DNA of 64,000 bases, taken from a virus (Duplodnaviria; Caudoviricetes). Where the stretch lies: IMG/VR virus record IMGVR_UViG_3300027286_000002; one strand, 5' to 3'. How positions within the stretch are numbered: the stretch's first letter is position 1; each line of letters starts with the position of its first letter. The position numbers and the translations under genes were made by a program. Below, piece by piece: positions 8,797 through 19,037 of this stretch. Below the pieces are notes generated by a model. It searched no databases. It was given only the letters and a program-made list of their open reading frames with translations, and was not told the DNA's origin.

Positions 8797-9825
8797 ATGA
8801 GTAAAGACATTCATGTTTCACACCAATGTCCACATTACATTAGGTTTGAATCCTATACTTTAGATAATATCACTGATGTTGTCACTAGATCACCTATCAA
8901 TGGTTCTAGTCTTTTTACCATCACTAAAAATAATATTACCATAAACCAAGAAGGTCTTTACTCACCTGCTGAAATTATCTTCCCTGCTAATGCTCCATAT
9001 AAAATCCTAAATCCTAACTACACTTTTGTTTATCAAAATGTATCTTATCCTGTGAAATTTGATACAGGTCTTTTATCTGCATCTCAAATCCAAAACACTC
9101 TTATTAAATACCTGCCTATGAATAAAGTAGAAGTCAATCTTGTAAACCAATCTATTCAGATAAAAGATAAATCCACAGGTCTATCTTCAAGACTAGAAAT
9201 ACAAGGTGATTTAAATAAGTTTGGATTTACTTATGAGAAATTTAAAGCACAAGGTAAACAAGTGCATACAGGCTGGAAACTTTTTAAAAGAGATGATGGC
9301 TTAGGCTATTTCATTCGCTTTAATGAAAATGTAAAAGGTAATTATCTTATTTCATACACTACAGAAAAGAATTATTGTAATCGATGTGCAAGCACAGGCA
9401 TTGAAAATGATTTAAGATTTAATGAGTATGGTGAAATTAAACAAGTGGAAAAACACGATCTACTTTATCAGCAGGTTGCCAAAGTTTGCCTTACTAAAAT
9501 TAATACTAATCCTCAACACTCTTGGTATGGTACTAATGCTTTTGATTTTGTAGGTGCTAAACAAGGCAACCTAGCTAAACTTAGCATTCAAGAATCTGTA
9601 AGACAAGCACTCAATCAGCATATCAATATTCAAAATCAAGTTGGTAAAATACAAAAGCTATCTTTAGAAGAACAAATTGCATCTGTTCGGAAAATTGATG
9701 TGCAACAAGTTCCTAATACTAATAATGCCTACCTTGTTGATATTGGTCTTGTTAGCAGAGCAAATACACCTGTTAATCTTAACATTGTGTTTGCAGTCCC
9801 CGGCTCTATTGACTTAACAAATTGA
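8797..9825 (+). CDS. Baseplate wedge protein with C-terminal gp25/GPW-like domain
   Basis: C-terminal NDLRFNEYGEI...LLYQQVAKVCLT...HSWYGT...IQESVRQAL resembles gp25 and precedes baseplate J. Start revised to ATG 8797 (GAAAGG SD). Confidence 0.65.
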   Translation: MSKDIHVSHQCPHYIRFESYTLDNITDVVTRSPINGSSLFTITKNNITINQEGLYSPAEIIFPANAPYKILNPNYTFVYQNVSYPVKFDTGLLSASQIQNTLIKYLPMNKVEVNLVNQSIQIKDKSTGLSSRLEIQGDLNKFGFTYEKFKAQGKQVHTGWKLFKRDDGLGYFIRFNENVKGNYLISYTTEKNYCNRCASTGIENDLRFNEYGEIKQVEKHDLLYQQVAKVCLTKINTNPQHSWYGTNAFDFVGAKQGNLAKLSIQESVRQALNQHINIQNQVGKIQKLSLEEQIASVRKIDVQQVPNTNNAYLVDIGLVSRANTPVNLNIVFAVPGSIDLTN

Positions 9826-9838
9826 AAGATAAAATAAA

Positions 9839-12800
9839 ATGATACAAATTATTTCACCTAGTGGTTCTTTACTAGATAGTCCTGCTAACTATTCCACTAC
9901 TCAAAAAGCTATCTTTATTAAAGGTATTACTGATGATCCAAGCAATCTTAGTATCACTATTGAAAACCAAACCTATACAGGCATGGATATTTTCTTTGAT
10001 GGTAATTACTTTACCTTTCCTAATCCTGCTCTTAGTCCTGATGGTCTTATTCTCTATAATGGTAATAACAATCTTATTCTTAATCTTTCTACTACTGAAA
10101 CCTTTTATCTTAATGTTATCCAACCTATCGTCAATCTCTACCAACCACCTGCTCAACCACAAGGCATCTATATTGAAAGACTTGCACAAGATGTTCTTAT
10201 TAAATTCCAACATACAGACAGTGAAGTCAAATATTATAACTTGTATGCTAGTGTTTCTTCAGGTGGTGGCATCAATGGTTATCAAAAAATTAACTTTGAA
10301 CCTTTAGATCCTATTAGCTATGGCATAGGTAAAGAAGTTTTAACTACCATTGCAGATGAAACCTTTAATGCAAATACTCAAACTGCTGATCCTTTATATG
10401 CTAAATTAAATTTCATCCAAACTGATGGTTCTACTAATTTAGCCAGCGATGTCATTTTTAATAGTGAAGTCAGTGAAGCTATTAAACGATTGAGATTGAC
10501 TGCTACTTTATCTGCTATTGATATCCAAACTGAAATCGTCTTTAAACATAATAGACAAGCTACTCAAAATTCTACACCACCTACTATTCAATTTGGTGCT
10601 TTCGCTTCTCTTTCTAATGAAAATGTTCTTTACTATGTTGCCACTGCTGTTAAAGTTGTTAATGGTACTGAAATTGAAAGTGCATATTCTTTAGAAGTAG
10701 TAGGCAAGCCTGTCAATATTAATCAATCTAATGTTTCTTTACCTGTAGTCAATCGTCAAACCTTAACTACAGAAATGATTACTACCATCCATAAATTACA
10801 ACCTGATGCTTTAGTGAACCCGGGCTCTGTTACTAGAGATGTCATTATTGATCCTTTTGTTAATGAAATGGAAAGAACTAGATTCTTATTAGACTTTACC
10901 TACCGTGCTATGTCTTTTACTACTTTACTCACTATTGATGATCCTAGAAACACAGGTAAAAGTATTGCAGTCAGTAATTCAAATTATAAAACTGCTCTTG
11001 GACAAGCTCTTTTCTTTAGTGAACAAAATAGAGTACAAGCAGTTATTGATTCAGCCTTTGATAAACTTGCATATAACTTTGGCATTAAAAGAAGATTAGG
11101 TAGTCGTGCAATTGGTGAAGTAGTTTTCTTTGTTAAGACTGCTCCTACTAGAACTATCAATATTCCTTCATACACTACGATTTATGCAGGCAGTATTCCT
11201 TTTCAAACTACACAATTCGCTAGAATTTCAATAGATACATTATCTTCTTTTTATGATCCTGTTAAAGATAGATATGCAGTTTATGTACCTGTGCAAGCAT
11301 TAAATATAGGTATTGCAGGCAATGTCACTAGCAACCAAATCAGAAACTCTTCTATTAATGGTCTTTCTGTGAATAATGAAAATCCTACCTTTGGTGGATC
11401 AGAAGTAGAATCAAATTTAGATTTAAGTTCAAGAGCAATTAATACTCTTGCTAGTGTAGATACAGGTACTAAATCAGGTATTGAAAGAATAGCTAGTGCA
11501 ACTGCTGGTGTTACTGAAGTTTTTGTCGCAGGTGCTGAATCACCTTATCAATTTAGAGGTGATGGCAAAGTTGATGTGTGGATTCGTGGTGTGTCTTTAG
11601 CTACTGCTACTGATTTATATGCTCCAAATTTCCAAACACATAAAGATAGTCTTTTCATTCCTATTGCTGAAGGCATCTATCAATTTAAATTAGGTGATCT
11701 CAATTTGTCTTTATATAAAATGATAGATAACCAAACATTAGGATATGGTTTAAAAAATGCCACAACAGGTGAATGGTTTGATCTCACTAACCATACTATA
11801 ACAAATGACAATATTGTTATTTTAGATACTAGCTTAACACAGCCTGATTACAATATCACAGATGTTATCATAGGTGATTGGCAAGAAAATATTAGTGAAA
11901 TCATTTATCTCACTAGACAGCCTGTTGAAAGCATCTCTACTTTAATAGATGAAAATAATGTAGAATATGCACAAGGTACTGATTATCTTTTTAAGAAAAC
12001 ACAAGATCCTTTACTTGAAGGATATTCCACCAAAGCTAAAGATAATATCTTAATCAATAATGGTGCTATCACTTCTGATTTCTATTCCACAAGCGAAGTG
12101 TTTAGCTTTATTGGTTTTTATCCATATCAATTGACTAAAAAAGGTGTAGATGCTTTAAGCATCCAGCTTAGACTTGATTCGAGTGGTGATGGTGAAACAG
12201 GCTATACTTTCTATAATTCATCTTATGTTGCTAATCCTGATTTCATTATTGAAACTACAGATGAAGGATATACTACTTTAACTAGAACATCTAATTCTGA
12301 CATCCCTGAAAATGTCACAGTCAAAGTCAATTATAGCTATCTCTTAAATCTTGAAGTCACTTATTCATATAATCAAGTACTGCAAAATGTTCAATCTCAA
12401 ATTAATAACTCAAAACATTTGACTGCTGATATACTTGTTAAACAGTGCATTCCCTGTCCTATAGATGTAAAAGCAAATATTGTTATCCGAAAAGGCTATC
12501 AAGTTAGCCAAATCGATCTTGCTATTAGAAACAATGTACAAAATTATATTTCTTATCTTAATCTAGGTGCTAACCTAAGAGTGAGTGATATTGTAAGAGT
12601 GCTGGATAATGCAGATGGTGTTGCTTTTATTGACTTGCCTTTAACACAGCTTTCTTTTTCAGTAAATACTCTTGTCATTAGAGAAGAAATCATACCTAAT
12701 AACTCATACACTCAAATTGTATCTTTAACTACAGGTGTTGCAGTCGCATGGCTTATTGATGTAAACCTAGCACAACCTGCATCTACAGATGGTGGTGAAA

Positions 12801-13108
12801 TAGGTCGTGTTTATGGCAATGGTTTAGAATTTAATCTAGTTTCCCAATCACTGATCACTACTTTGGGGAATAAACCAAATAGTGTTTGCATTATAGGCAA
12901 TACTGATCTTGTAATAGGTGGCAATCCTATTACAAACAGTAAAAATAAAATCCTTGTTGCTTTGCCTATTGGTAAATCACCAAGTGATTACACCTTTCAT
13001 GTAAATTACCAAACAGCAGATGGCTCAGGCTTTGTTAATAACTTATCCTTAAATCCATTCTCTTATTTCACTGTTGGCAACTTAAACTTCACTTACAGAG
13101 CAGAGTAA
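9839..13108 (+). CDS. Baseplate J/gp6-like wedge protein
   Basis: Motifs PGSVTRDVIID, LAYNFGIKRRLGSRAIGEVVF, NPTFGGSEVESNLDLSSR and GKVDVWI. Confidence 0.8.
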   Translation: MIQIISPSGSLLDSPANYSTTQKAIFIKGITDDPSNLSITIENQTYTGMDIFFDGNYFTFPNPALSPDGLILYNGNNNLILNLSTTETFYLNVIQPIVNLYQPPAQPQGIYIERLAQDVLIKFQHTDSEVKYYNLYASVSSGGGINGYQKINFEPLDPISYGIGKEVLTTIADETFNANTQTADPLYAKLNFIQTDGSTNLASDVIFNSEVSEAIKRLRLTATLSAIDIQTEIVFKHNRQATQNSTPPTIQFGAFASLSNENVLYYVATAVKVVNGTEIESAYSLEVVGKPVNINQSNVSLPVVNRQTLTTEMITTIHKLQPDALVNPGSVTRDVIIDPFVNEMERTRFLLDFTYRAMSFTTLLTIDDPRNTGKSIAVSNSNYKTALGQALFFSEQNRVQAVIDSAFDKLAYNFGIKRRLGSRAIGEVVFFVKTAPTRTINIPSYTTIYAGSIPFQTTQFARISIDTLSSFYDPVKDRYAVYVPVQALNIGIAGNVTSNQIRNSSINGLSVNNENPTFGGSEVESNLDLSSRAINTLASVDTGTKSGIERIASATAGVTEVFVAGAESPYQFRGDGKVDVWIRGVSLATATDLYAPNFQTHKDSLFIPIAEGIYQFKLGDLNLSLYKMIDNQTLGYGLKNATTGEWFDLTNHTITNDNIVILDTSLTQPDYNITDVIIGDWQENISEIIYLTRQPVESISTLIDENNVEYAQGTDYLFKKTQDPLLEGYSTKAKDNILINNGAITSDFYSTSEVFSFIGFYPYQLTKKGVDALSIQLRLDSSGDGETGYTFYNSSYVANPDFIIETTDEGYTTLTRTSNSDIPENVTVKVNYSYLLNLEVTYSYNQVLQNVQSQINNSKHLTADILVKQCIPCPIDVKANIVIRKGYQVSQIDLAIRNNVQNYISYLNLGANLRVSDIVRVLDNADGVAFIDLPLTQLSFSVNTLVIREEIIPNNSYTQIVSLTTGVAVAWLIDVNLAQPASTDGGEIGRVYGNGLEFNLVSQSLITTLGNKPNSVCIIGNTDLVIGGNPITNSKNKILVALPIGKSPSDYTFHVNYQTADGSGFVNNLSLNPFSYFTVGNLNFTYRAE

Positions 13109-13112
13109 AAAC

Positions 13113-15479
13113 ATGAGTGATAAAATTCCTTTTTATCCTGATTTCCCAATTGCCAATACAGATCCGATTGGCAGTAAAAGTGAAGAAAAAAAAGCATTAC
13201 AGGATTCACTTGTAGTCGCTTATGCTAATGCTCTTTCAGGTTCTTTAGCATCTAACTACCTTTCCGAATATGGTAGCAATAATAGAATTTTATATGAAGG
13301 TCTAGGTAAAACTCTTTCTAGTCTTTTATTAGATTGCTTAGACCTTGTAAATGAAGTGGACTACTCTCAAATTAGACCTGAGTTTTTTAATGATAGACTT
13401 TATGGACTACTTTTTCCTAAATCTGTAGATAGACCTTCTTTTAATAATGAAACAGAATTGAGATATACGATTTTAAATCTTATCCAAGCATTATTACAAG
13501 GTAGCACAGGTAAAGCTATTTTATATCTTCTTAATAAAGTTCAAGCGAATAGTCTTGTTGAGATTTCAGAAATAGGTGATTTTTTAATTGACTGTCTTAT
13601 CTCATCTTATGCTTTGACAACAGAAGTGAATGGACATAAACATTATGTATATGCACCTATTTTAGGTTTAGGTAAAACATCTGCACCTATAGGATATAAA
13701 TGGGGTGATGATCTACACCAACATGATGTTTTAGATGGCATCGTTCAAACTGCTAGTGGACATACACATGAAGTCTTATATGGTTTTCAACAGGATGTGA
13801 TTACACTACAGGATAATTTATATAAGCTACTCTTAAAAACTAAACCTGCTCATGTCAATATAGGTAATAGACCAAGTACTTTATTTAAAGAAGTTATTAA
13901 TAAACCTACCTTTGATTTTTCTTTGACTGCTGGTTTAATGTTTCAAGAGGATTTAAGAAAGACAGATCAAGGCATTTATTTATCTAGTGTTTATGGATAT
14001 ACTCTTACAAACTCTAAATTCCTAAGAGTGTATGATAGTGGTTTTAGGATAAATGATCGTATCCGTGTAAATAATCAAGAGAGAAAGATTGTTGCCATTA
14101 ATACTGTTTTGGCAGATGATGCACCTAGTGTTTCTTATTCTGTACCAAGACTTAACTTAACAGGCACAGGTTCTATTGTAAACCATTGCTTAATTGCATC
14201 TATGTTAGTTATGCAAGAAGGTGAATTAGTCTTAATAGGTGCATCTGCTTATTTCATCTTAAAAGTAAATCCTTATACATATAAATTATCTGCACAGGTT
14301 TTCACTTTGGATAGACCTTTGACTGCTACCACAGCTAACTTATATCTATTAGAAAATCTACAATCTTCTTTTAAGACAAGACCATTGAGATATAAAACAT
14401 ATAGTCAAACTTTCCCTGTCTTAACAAGTCAATTTACTTTACCTTTTTCTACACCATATACAATTTATGGTATGCCTATCCTACCAAGTGATTTTACTAG
14501 CAGTGTAGAAATTACAGAATACAATCCATTTACTCGTGTTATTTCTTTAAGTACATCCACTACTGAAATTGAAATCACTTATCCTTATGATGAAACAGAT
14601 CAAGTATGTTTCACTGCTTTAAATGATACTAGCTTTGTGCTTAATTCATATAGACCTAGAAACCAAAGACCAACAACAAATCTTTTGCCTGCGAATAGAA
14701 TTGAAAAAAGAAATGCACAGGTCTTATTTCACCATAAGAATACATATCCATTAGTAAAAGAATGGGTAAGATCATTTTATGCACATAGTAATACAGATAC
14801 TCTTAATAACTCATCTTTGCTTTTAAATTCTAAAAATAAATTAAACAGACACAATGTTATTAATGCTGTGCATAGAGTATTAGCACCTGCTAGTGCAAGT
14901 GTATCTGTCTTAGATGGTAAAGTGATTTTACCTTTTCATGTGAAACGAATGATATCTGTTAAGCAAGGATTGACAAATATCACTGCATATAAAGTAAATG
15001 GCAATGCAATTACTTTTAATGGCATAGCAGATGGCATAGTGATAGATGTTGTATGCTTAACAAATCGTTCAGTTAGTCAAAGTGGTGATTGGTTTAGACC
15101 TGATGATTTAAATGAAGGCATGATACCATTTAAGAATATTGTTAAGCAGGTTGCTTTTAATGTGGATGAATTTATGGCAAATCCATTAGGCAATGCAAAT
15201 CCACCTGAAAAGCCTAGACAAACTAAAATTAAAGATACAGTAACAGACAATAGTGGTTTAGCTAGTGAGTTTAGTTTTTTTAAAGATGAGTGGATAGGCT
15301 TAGAGCAAACCTTTGTTTTTGAGGATGTTTGTCCTGTGTTTAAGAGCAGTGGTGTAAATAATGCACCTTTCTTATTAAATAATGGCATCTTAAATCTTGA
15401 GCAATATGTATTAAATAATAACACTCAAGTTATATATGATGGTACTGCAAGTGTTGAAATAATACTCATATCGCTTTAA
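13113..15479 (+). CDS. Baseplate wedge/tail protein I-like, with His-rich insert
   Basis: Follows baseplate J; LLKTKPAHV matches the KPAH motif of gpI-like proteins; carries HxH triplet motifs. Confidence 0.55.
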   Translation: MSDKIPFYPDFPIANTDPIGSKSEEKKALQDSLVVAYANALSGSLASNYLSEYGSNNRILYEGLGKTLSSLLLDCLDLVNEVDYSQIRPEFFNDRLYGLLFPKSVDRPSFNNETELRYTILNLIQALLQGSTGKAILYLLNKVQANSLVEISEIGDFLIDCLISSYALTTEVNGHKHYVYAPILGLGKTSAPIGYKWGDDLHQHDVLDGIVQTASGHTHEVLYGFQQDVITLQDNLYKLLLKTKPAHVNIGNRPSTLFKEVINKPTFDFSLTAGLMFQEDLRKTDQGIYLSSVYGYTLTNSKFLRVYDSGFRINDRIRVNNQERKIVAINTVLADDAPSVSYSVPRLNLTGTGSIVNHCLIASMLVMQEGELVLIGASAYFILKVNPYTYKLSAQVFTLDRPLTATTANLYLLENLQSSFKTRPLRYKTYSQTFPVLTSQFTLPFSTPYTIYGMPILPSDFTSSVEITEYNPFTRVISLSTSTTEIEITYPYDETDQVCFTALNDTSFVLNSYRPRNQRPTTNLLPANRIEKRNAQVLFHHKNTYPLVKEWVRSFYAHSNTDTLNNSSLLLNSKNKLNRHNVINAVHRVLAPASASVSVLDGKVILPFHVKRMISVKQGLTNITAYKVNGNAITFNGIADGIVIDVVCLTNRSVSQSGDWFRPDDLNEGMIPFKNIVKQVAFNVDEFMANPLGNANPPEKPRQTKIKDTVTDNSGLASEFSFFKDEWIGLEQTFVFEDVCPVFKSSGVNNAPFLLNNGILNLEQYVLNNNTQVIYDGTASVEIILISL

Positions 15480-15496
15480 AGGATAGATAAGAAAAA

Positions 15497-16120
15497 ATGA
15501 TTAGTGAAAATATTAAAAGACCACAAAGTTCAGTAGCTTTTGGATTTGGATTTAATGAAACTACATACCGTGTAAAAGGTGAAGTGTTTATTAAGCTGGA
15601 TGATCAAGAGATTAAAGTAAATAATGTTTACACTTTAGATGGTAGCTTGCTTGCATCTATTCTCTTTTCAGGATTATATCCAACACGATCACCTATTACA
15701 ATGTTAGCAGTAGGTACAGGTGCAACAGGTACAAGTTTAGTACCTAGTGTTGCAGATCAAAGACAAAGAAGATTAAATACTGAAATTGCTCGTAAAGAAT
15801 TTGCATCTGTCTTATTTAGAAATCCTACAACATTTGCAGTCAGTACAATTCCTACGAATGTTGTAGATTTCACAACTGTTTATAATGAGGGTGAAGCAGT
15901 AGGTGCTTTAAATGAAATGGGATTGGTTAGTCCTTATGATGCAAGTCCTTTATCTAATTATCCTTTATTAGATGGTAATGGTGATCCTGTTAGTTTTCCT
16001 GATTATGATACTACTTTAGATGTTACGAATTATGACATTCTGATTAACTATTTGACTTTCCCTGTGATCAATAAGCCATCTAATTCTGTTTTAGCAATTA
16101 CTTGGCGATTGACTTTTTAA
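15497..16120 (+). CDS. Tail-collar/fibre attachment-like protein
   Basis: ITMLAVGTG...LNTEIARK...GALNEMGL resembles tail-collar fibre N-terminal domains. Confidence 0.55.
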   Translation: MISENIKRPQSSVAFGFGFNETTYRVKGEVFIKLDDQEIKVNNVYTLDGSLLASILFSGLYPTRSPITMLAVGTGATGTSLVPSVADQRQRRLNTEIARKEFASVLFRNPTTFAVSTIPTNVVDFTTVYNEGEAVGALNEMGLVSPYDASPLSNYPLLDGNGDPVSFPDYDTTLDVTNYDILINYLTFPVINKPSNSVLAITWRLTF

Positions 16121-16136
16121 AAGGTAGATAAGTAAA

Positions 16137-19031
16137 ATGGCAAAATATATTACTACTACATCCAGAAACCTTGATCCTAGTTTAACAAATTATGAGAGTG
16201 TTGTCTTTCAAACAGGCAAACCTTTACTTGATAGCGAATTAAACTTAGTTCAAGATATTAGTCTAGTCAATTCCAAACCTAGTGGCATCATTTCAAATAA
16301 AAAAGACATCTTTTCTGATTATGTTTTTAACACTACTCCAAATACCTTAACTTTAAGTGCTTTTGATGTCCGTGTTAAAAATAAAGTCATTAGAATTGCT
16401 TATGCAAATGATAACACAGGCTCAAATAAAATCTCTTTATCTAGTCCACCAGCTACTCAAAAATCTACAACCTTTGTCTTTTTAGAAATTTGGAAAGCAT
16501 TAGTTAGTCCTGCTACTTTACCTAATGCTAGATTAAGAATAGGTGATAATGTTGCCAATGGTGATACGATTACCATTGATACAGATACAATTACTTGTGG
16601 TGTGGATTTTGTCTTAGGTGCTGATAAATATGTCACTGCTTTAAATATTGCTACTGCTTTAAGTAGCTTATCTAATGTAGTCAGTTCAGATAGCAAAGGT
16701 ACAGATTTTATTTTCTTAACTTTAGATACTACTGTTTCCATTAGTACAACATCACTTGCTATTACTGTAACACCTGCCACAGGTGAATCAAGTGGTTTAA
16801 ATATTCCTGCGAATAATAAGATATACATTTATGGCAATGTGCAATCTTTAACAGGTGCTTGGTTAGATGATGATATTTATGATACTACTTTAAATGCAGA
16901 GTCCACTAAGAGAATACAATATCAATATCGTTTCCGAACAGTAGATAACTTTGCAGTAGATACATATCAAGATGGTTTTTCAGATACTACTAATGTTAAA
17001 GCACAAGGTACTAATGGATCACCTACTTCTTATTCTTTTAGTGCAAGCTCAACAGATAATGGCTTATGGATTGCAGGCTCAGGTAATGAAGCATCTGCTA
17101 CTGATTTAGGTACTGTAGATGGATATGTATATGCTTTACCTATTTGTTTTGTCAATCGTAGAAATAGTGGTGGTTTTAATCCTGTTAATCCTAATGGTGC
17201 TTTATTATCTACACATACAGGTGCAACAGAAAATTGGCTAGATCTTGATCCTATTATTATTCCTGCTGGATTAAGCGACAGACCTGATGGTTTATTTGCT
17301 GATTTAATATCTGATGTGGATATCACAGACATGAGAAAGAAAGTGATTGATATTTTAGACAGTGAAAAGCTATTAACAGAGCAAACACATTATCTTTTTG
17401 ACAATAACATTAAGACAGTTCAAAGAGATGGTAGAAATAGATTTTATATAGGCAATCAAATTACAGATGGTGATCGCAGTACAGAACCTTTGGTTTGTGA
17501 TGCGATTGAATATTATGGTGTTACTCAACCAAATACCTATGGCAATTTAATCGGATATGCAGATGGTTTAAGACGAAGATTTTCAGGCTATCCAAATGTA
17601 GAGAAAGTAATCGCAACAATAACAATTTCAGATGATGATCCGACAGCTTTTGCTTATGTAGATAAAGTAGTAGGTACTTTTAATTGGTATGAAAATGATG
17701 AGATCATTTTAGACTTTGGCAACTATTATAATGCAGGCTTTTTTAATCCTGTTACTGATTCATTCCCAACAAGTACAAAAATCATTGATGTCTTAAGAGC
17801 ATGGCATGATGATGGACACACAACTACAGCAGTTAGTCAAAATATTCAATTTAAGAAAATAGAATTTATCTCTGCAACAAAGGTTTCTTTAATCTTAGAT
17901 AAAAATGACTTCACTGTAAATGGTGGTCTATCTGCTACAAGTAATTACCAAATGACAGGCAATACTACAGATGGTGATGTAGGCAGTCCTAGAAATATCT
18001 TTATTGAACTTGCTTTATGTTATCCTGAAGGTAATGGTTTAAGTGCAACACCTATTTTATTAAATCCTGATTCAAGTGTTTATCCACAAGGTAGTGTTAT
18101 TAACGAATCTAGTCTTTTCTTTTCAGAATTTGAAGATGGTGTTTTAGCATCTTTTAATGATACGAATAGAGAAATTGCTTTAGAGTATGTTAAGAAAATA
18201 CAGACAATAGAACTTGTAAGTAAGTCTGCCACAGAAATCTTAACTCCTTTTAAATTCTATGGTGATGGCATTACTTATTTTGTGCAATATGAAGATCAAG
18301 AAGTAGGTGCTGGATATTCAGATGTACTTAATACATCTGATTACAATAAATCCGATGCGAGTGTTTTGGTAAATGCTTTAACAAATGCAGGTCAAACTTT
18401 AGTTAGCTTAAAATATTATCCTTTACTAGCAAACAAAGCTAGAACGATGGTCTATTATAGATACCTAGCATCTCAAACTACAATCCCATCAGGATTAACG
18501 ATTGATGTTGAGCCTATTTATATTTCTAAATCTATGTATGCTATTCAAACAAGCAAAGGCAGTTTAAGTGTATCTTATCCTTATCCGAGTGCAAGTGACA
18601 TGGTAGGTATCCATAGTGATTTTGACTTAGACGAATGGGATTTAAGAGCAAATGCACAGATCTCTATTAGTGATTTTAATATTGATGCTGGTATGTTAAG
18701 TCTTAATAACTTTATGCCTATTGATATTAACACGGATTTGACTTTTACAAGCAAGACAACAGACTCACAAGGCAATACAATTTATGAAGGTGGTTCAGGA
18801 TATTTACCTGTCACTTATTCATCACCTTTCTCTAGTGAAGTAAGTCATAAAAATGTATTACCTTTATTATGTAAAGCGAAATCAAACACTTTATATTTCA
18901 GAAAAGGTGAAGTGCTTTTGGTTTTGATTAGTAGATATGCAGAATTGGATAGTGAGAATAAAATTACATTAGGTAGTAATTACACGATTGCAAGTATCTA
19001 CAACACTAAAAACAGATTGATGATGGAGTAA
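16137..19031 (+). CDS. Large baseplate/tail fibre-associated structural protein (paralog of 22684..27828)
   Basis: N-terminal VVFQTGKPLLDSELN and internal FVFLEIW, KRIQYQYRFR and RPDGLFAD motifs are shared with 22684..27828. Confidence 0.6.
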   Translation: MAKYITTTSRNLDPSLTNYESVVFQTGKPLLDSELNLVQDISLVNSKPSGIISNKKDIFSDYVFNTTPNTLTLSAFDVRVKNKVIRIAYANDNTGSNKISLSSPPATQKSTTFVFLEIWKALVSPATLPNARLRIGDNVANGDTITIDTDTITCGVDFVLGADKYVTALNIATALSSLSNVVSSDSKGTDFIFLTLDTTVSISTTSLAITVTPATGESSGLNIPANNKIYIYGNVQSLTGAWLDDDIYDTTLNAESTKRIQYQYRFRTVDNFAVDTYQDGFSDTTNVKAQGTNGSPTSYSFSASSTDNGLWIAGSGNEASATDLGTVDGYVYALPICFVNRRNSGGFNPVNPNGALLSTHTGATENWLDLDPIIIPAGLSDRPDGLFADLISDVDITDMRKKVIDILDSEKLLTEQTHYLFDNNIKTVQRDGRNRFYIGNQITDGDRSTEPLVCDAIEYYGVTQPNTYGNLIGYADGLRRRFSGYPNVEKVIATITISDDDPTAFAYVDKVVGTFNWYENDEIILDFGNYYNAGFFNPVTDSFPTSTKIIDVLRAWHDDGHTTTAVSQNIQFKKIEFISATKVSLILDKNDFTVNGGLSATSNYQMTGNTTDGDVGSPRNIFIELALCYPEGNGLSATPILLNPDSSVYPQGSVINESSLFFSEFEDGVLASFNDTNREIALEYVKKIQTIELVSKSATEILTPFKFYGDGITYFVQYEDQEVGAGYSDVLNTSDYNKSDASVLVNALTNAGQTLVSLKYYPLLANKARTMVYYRYLASQTTIPSGLTIDVEPIYISKSMYAIQTSKGSLSVSYPYPSASDMVGIHSDFDLDEWDLRANAQISISDFNIDAGMLSLNNFMPIDINTDLTFTSKTTDSQGNTIYEGGSGYLPVTYSSPFSSEVSHKNVLPLLCKAKSNTLYFRKGEVLLVLISRYAELDSENKITLGSNYTIASIYNTKNRLMME

Positions 19032-19037
19032 AGAAAA

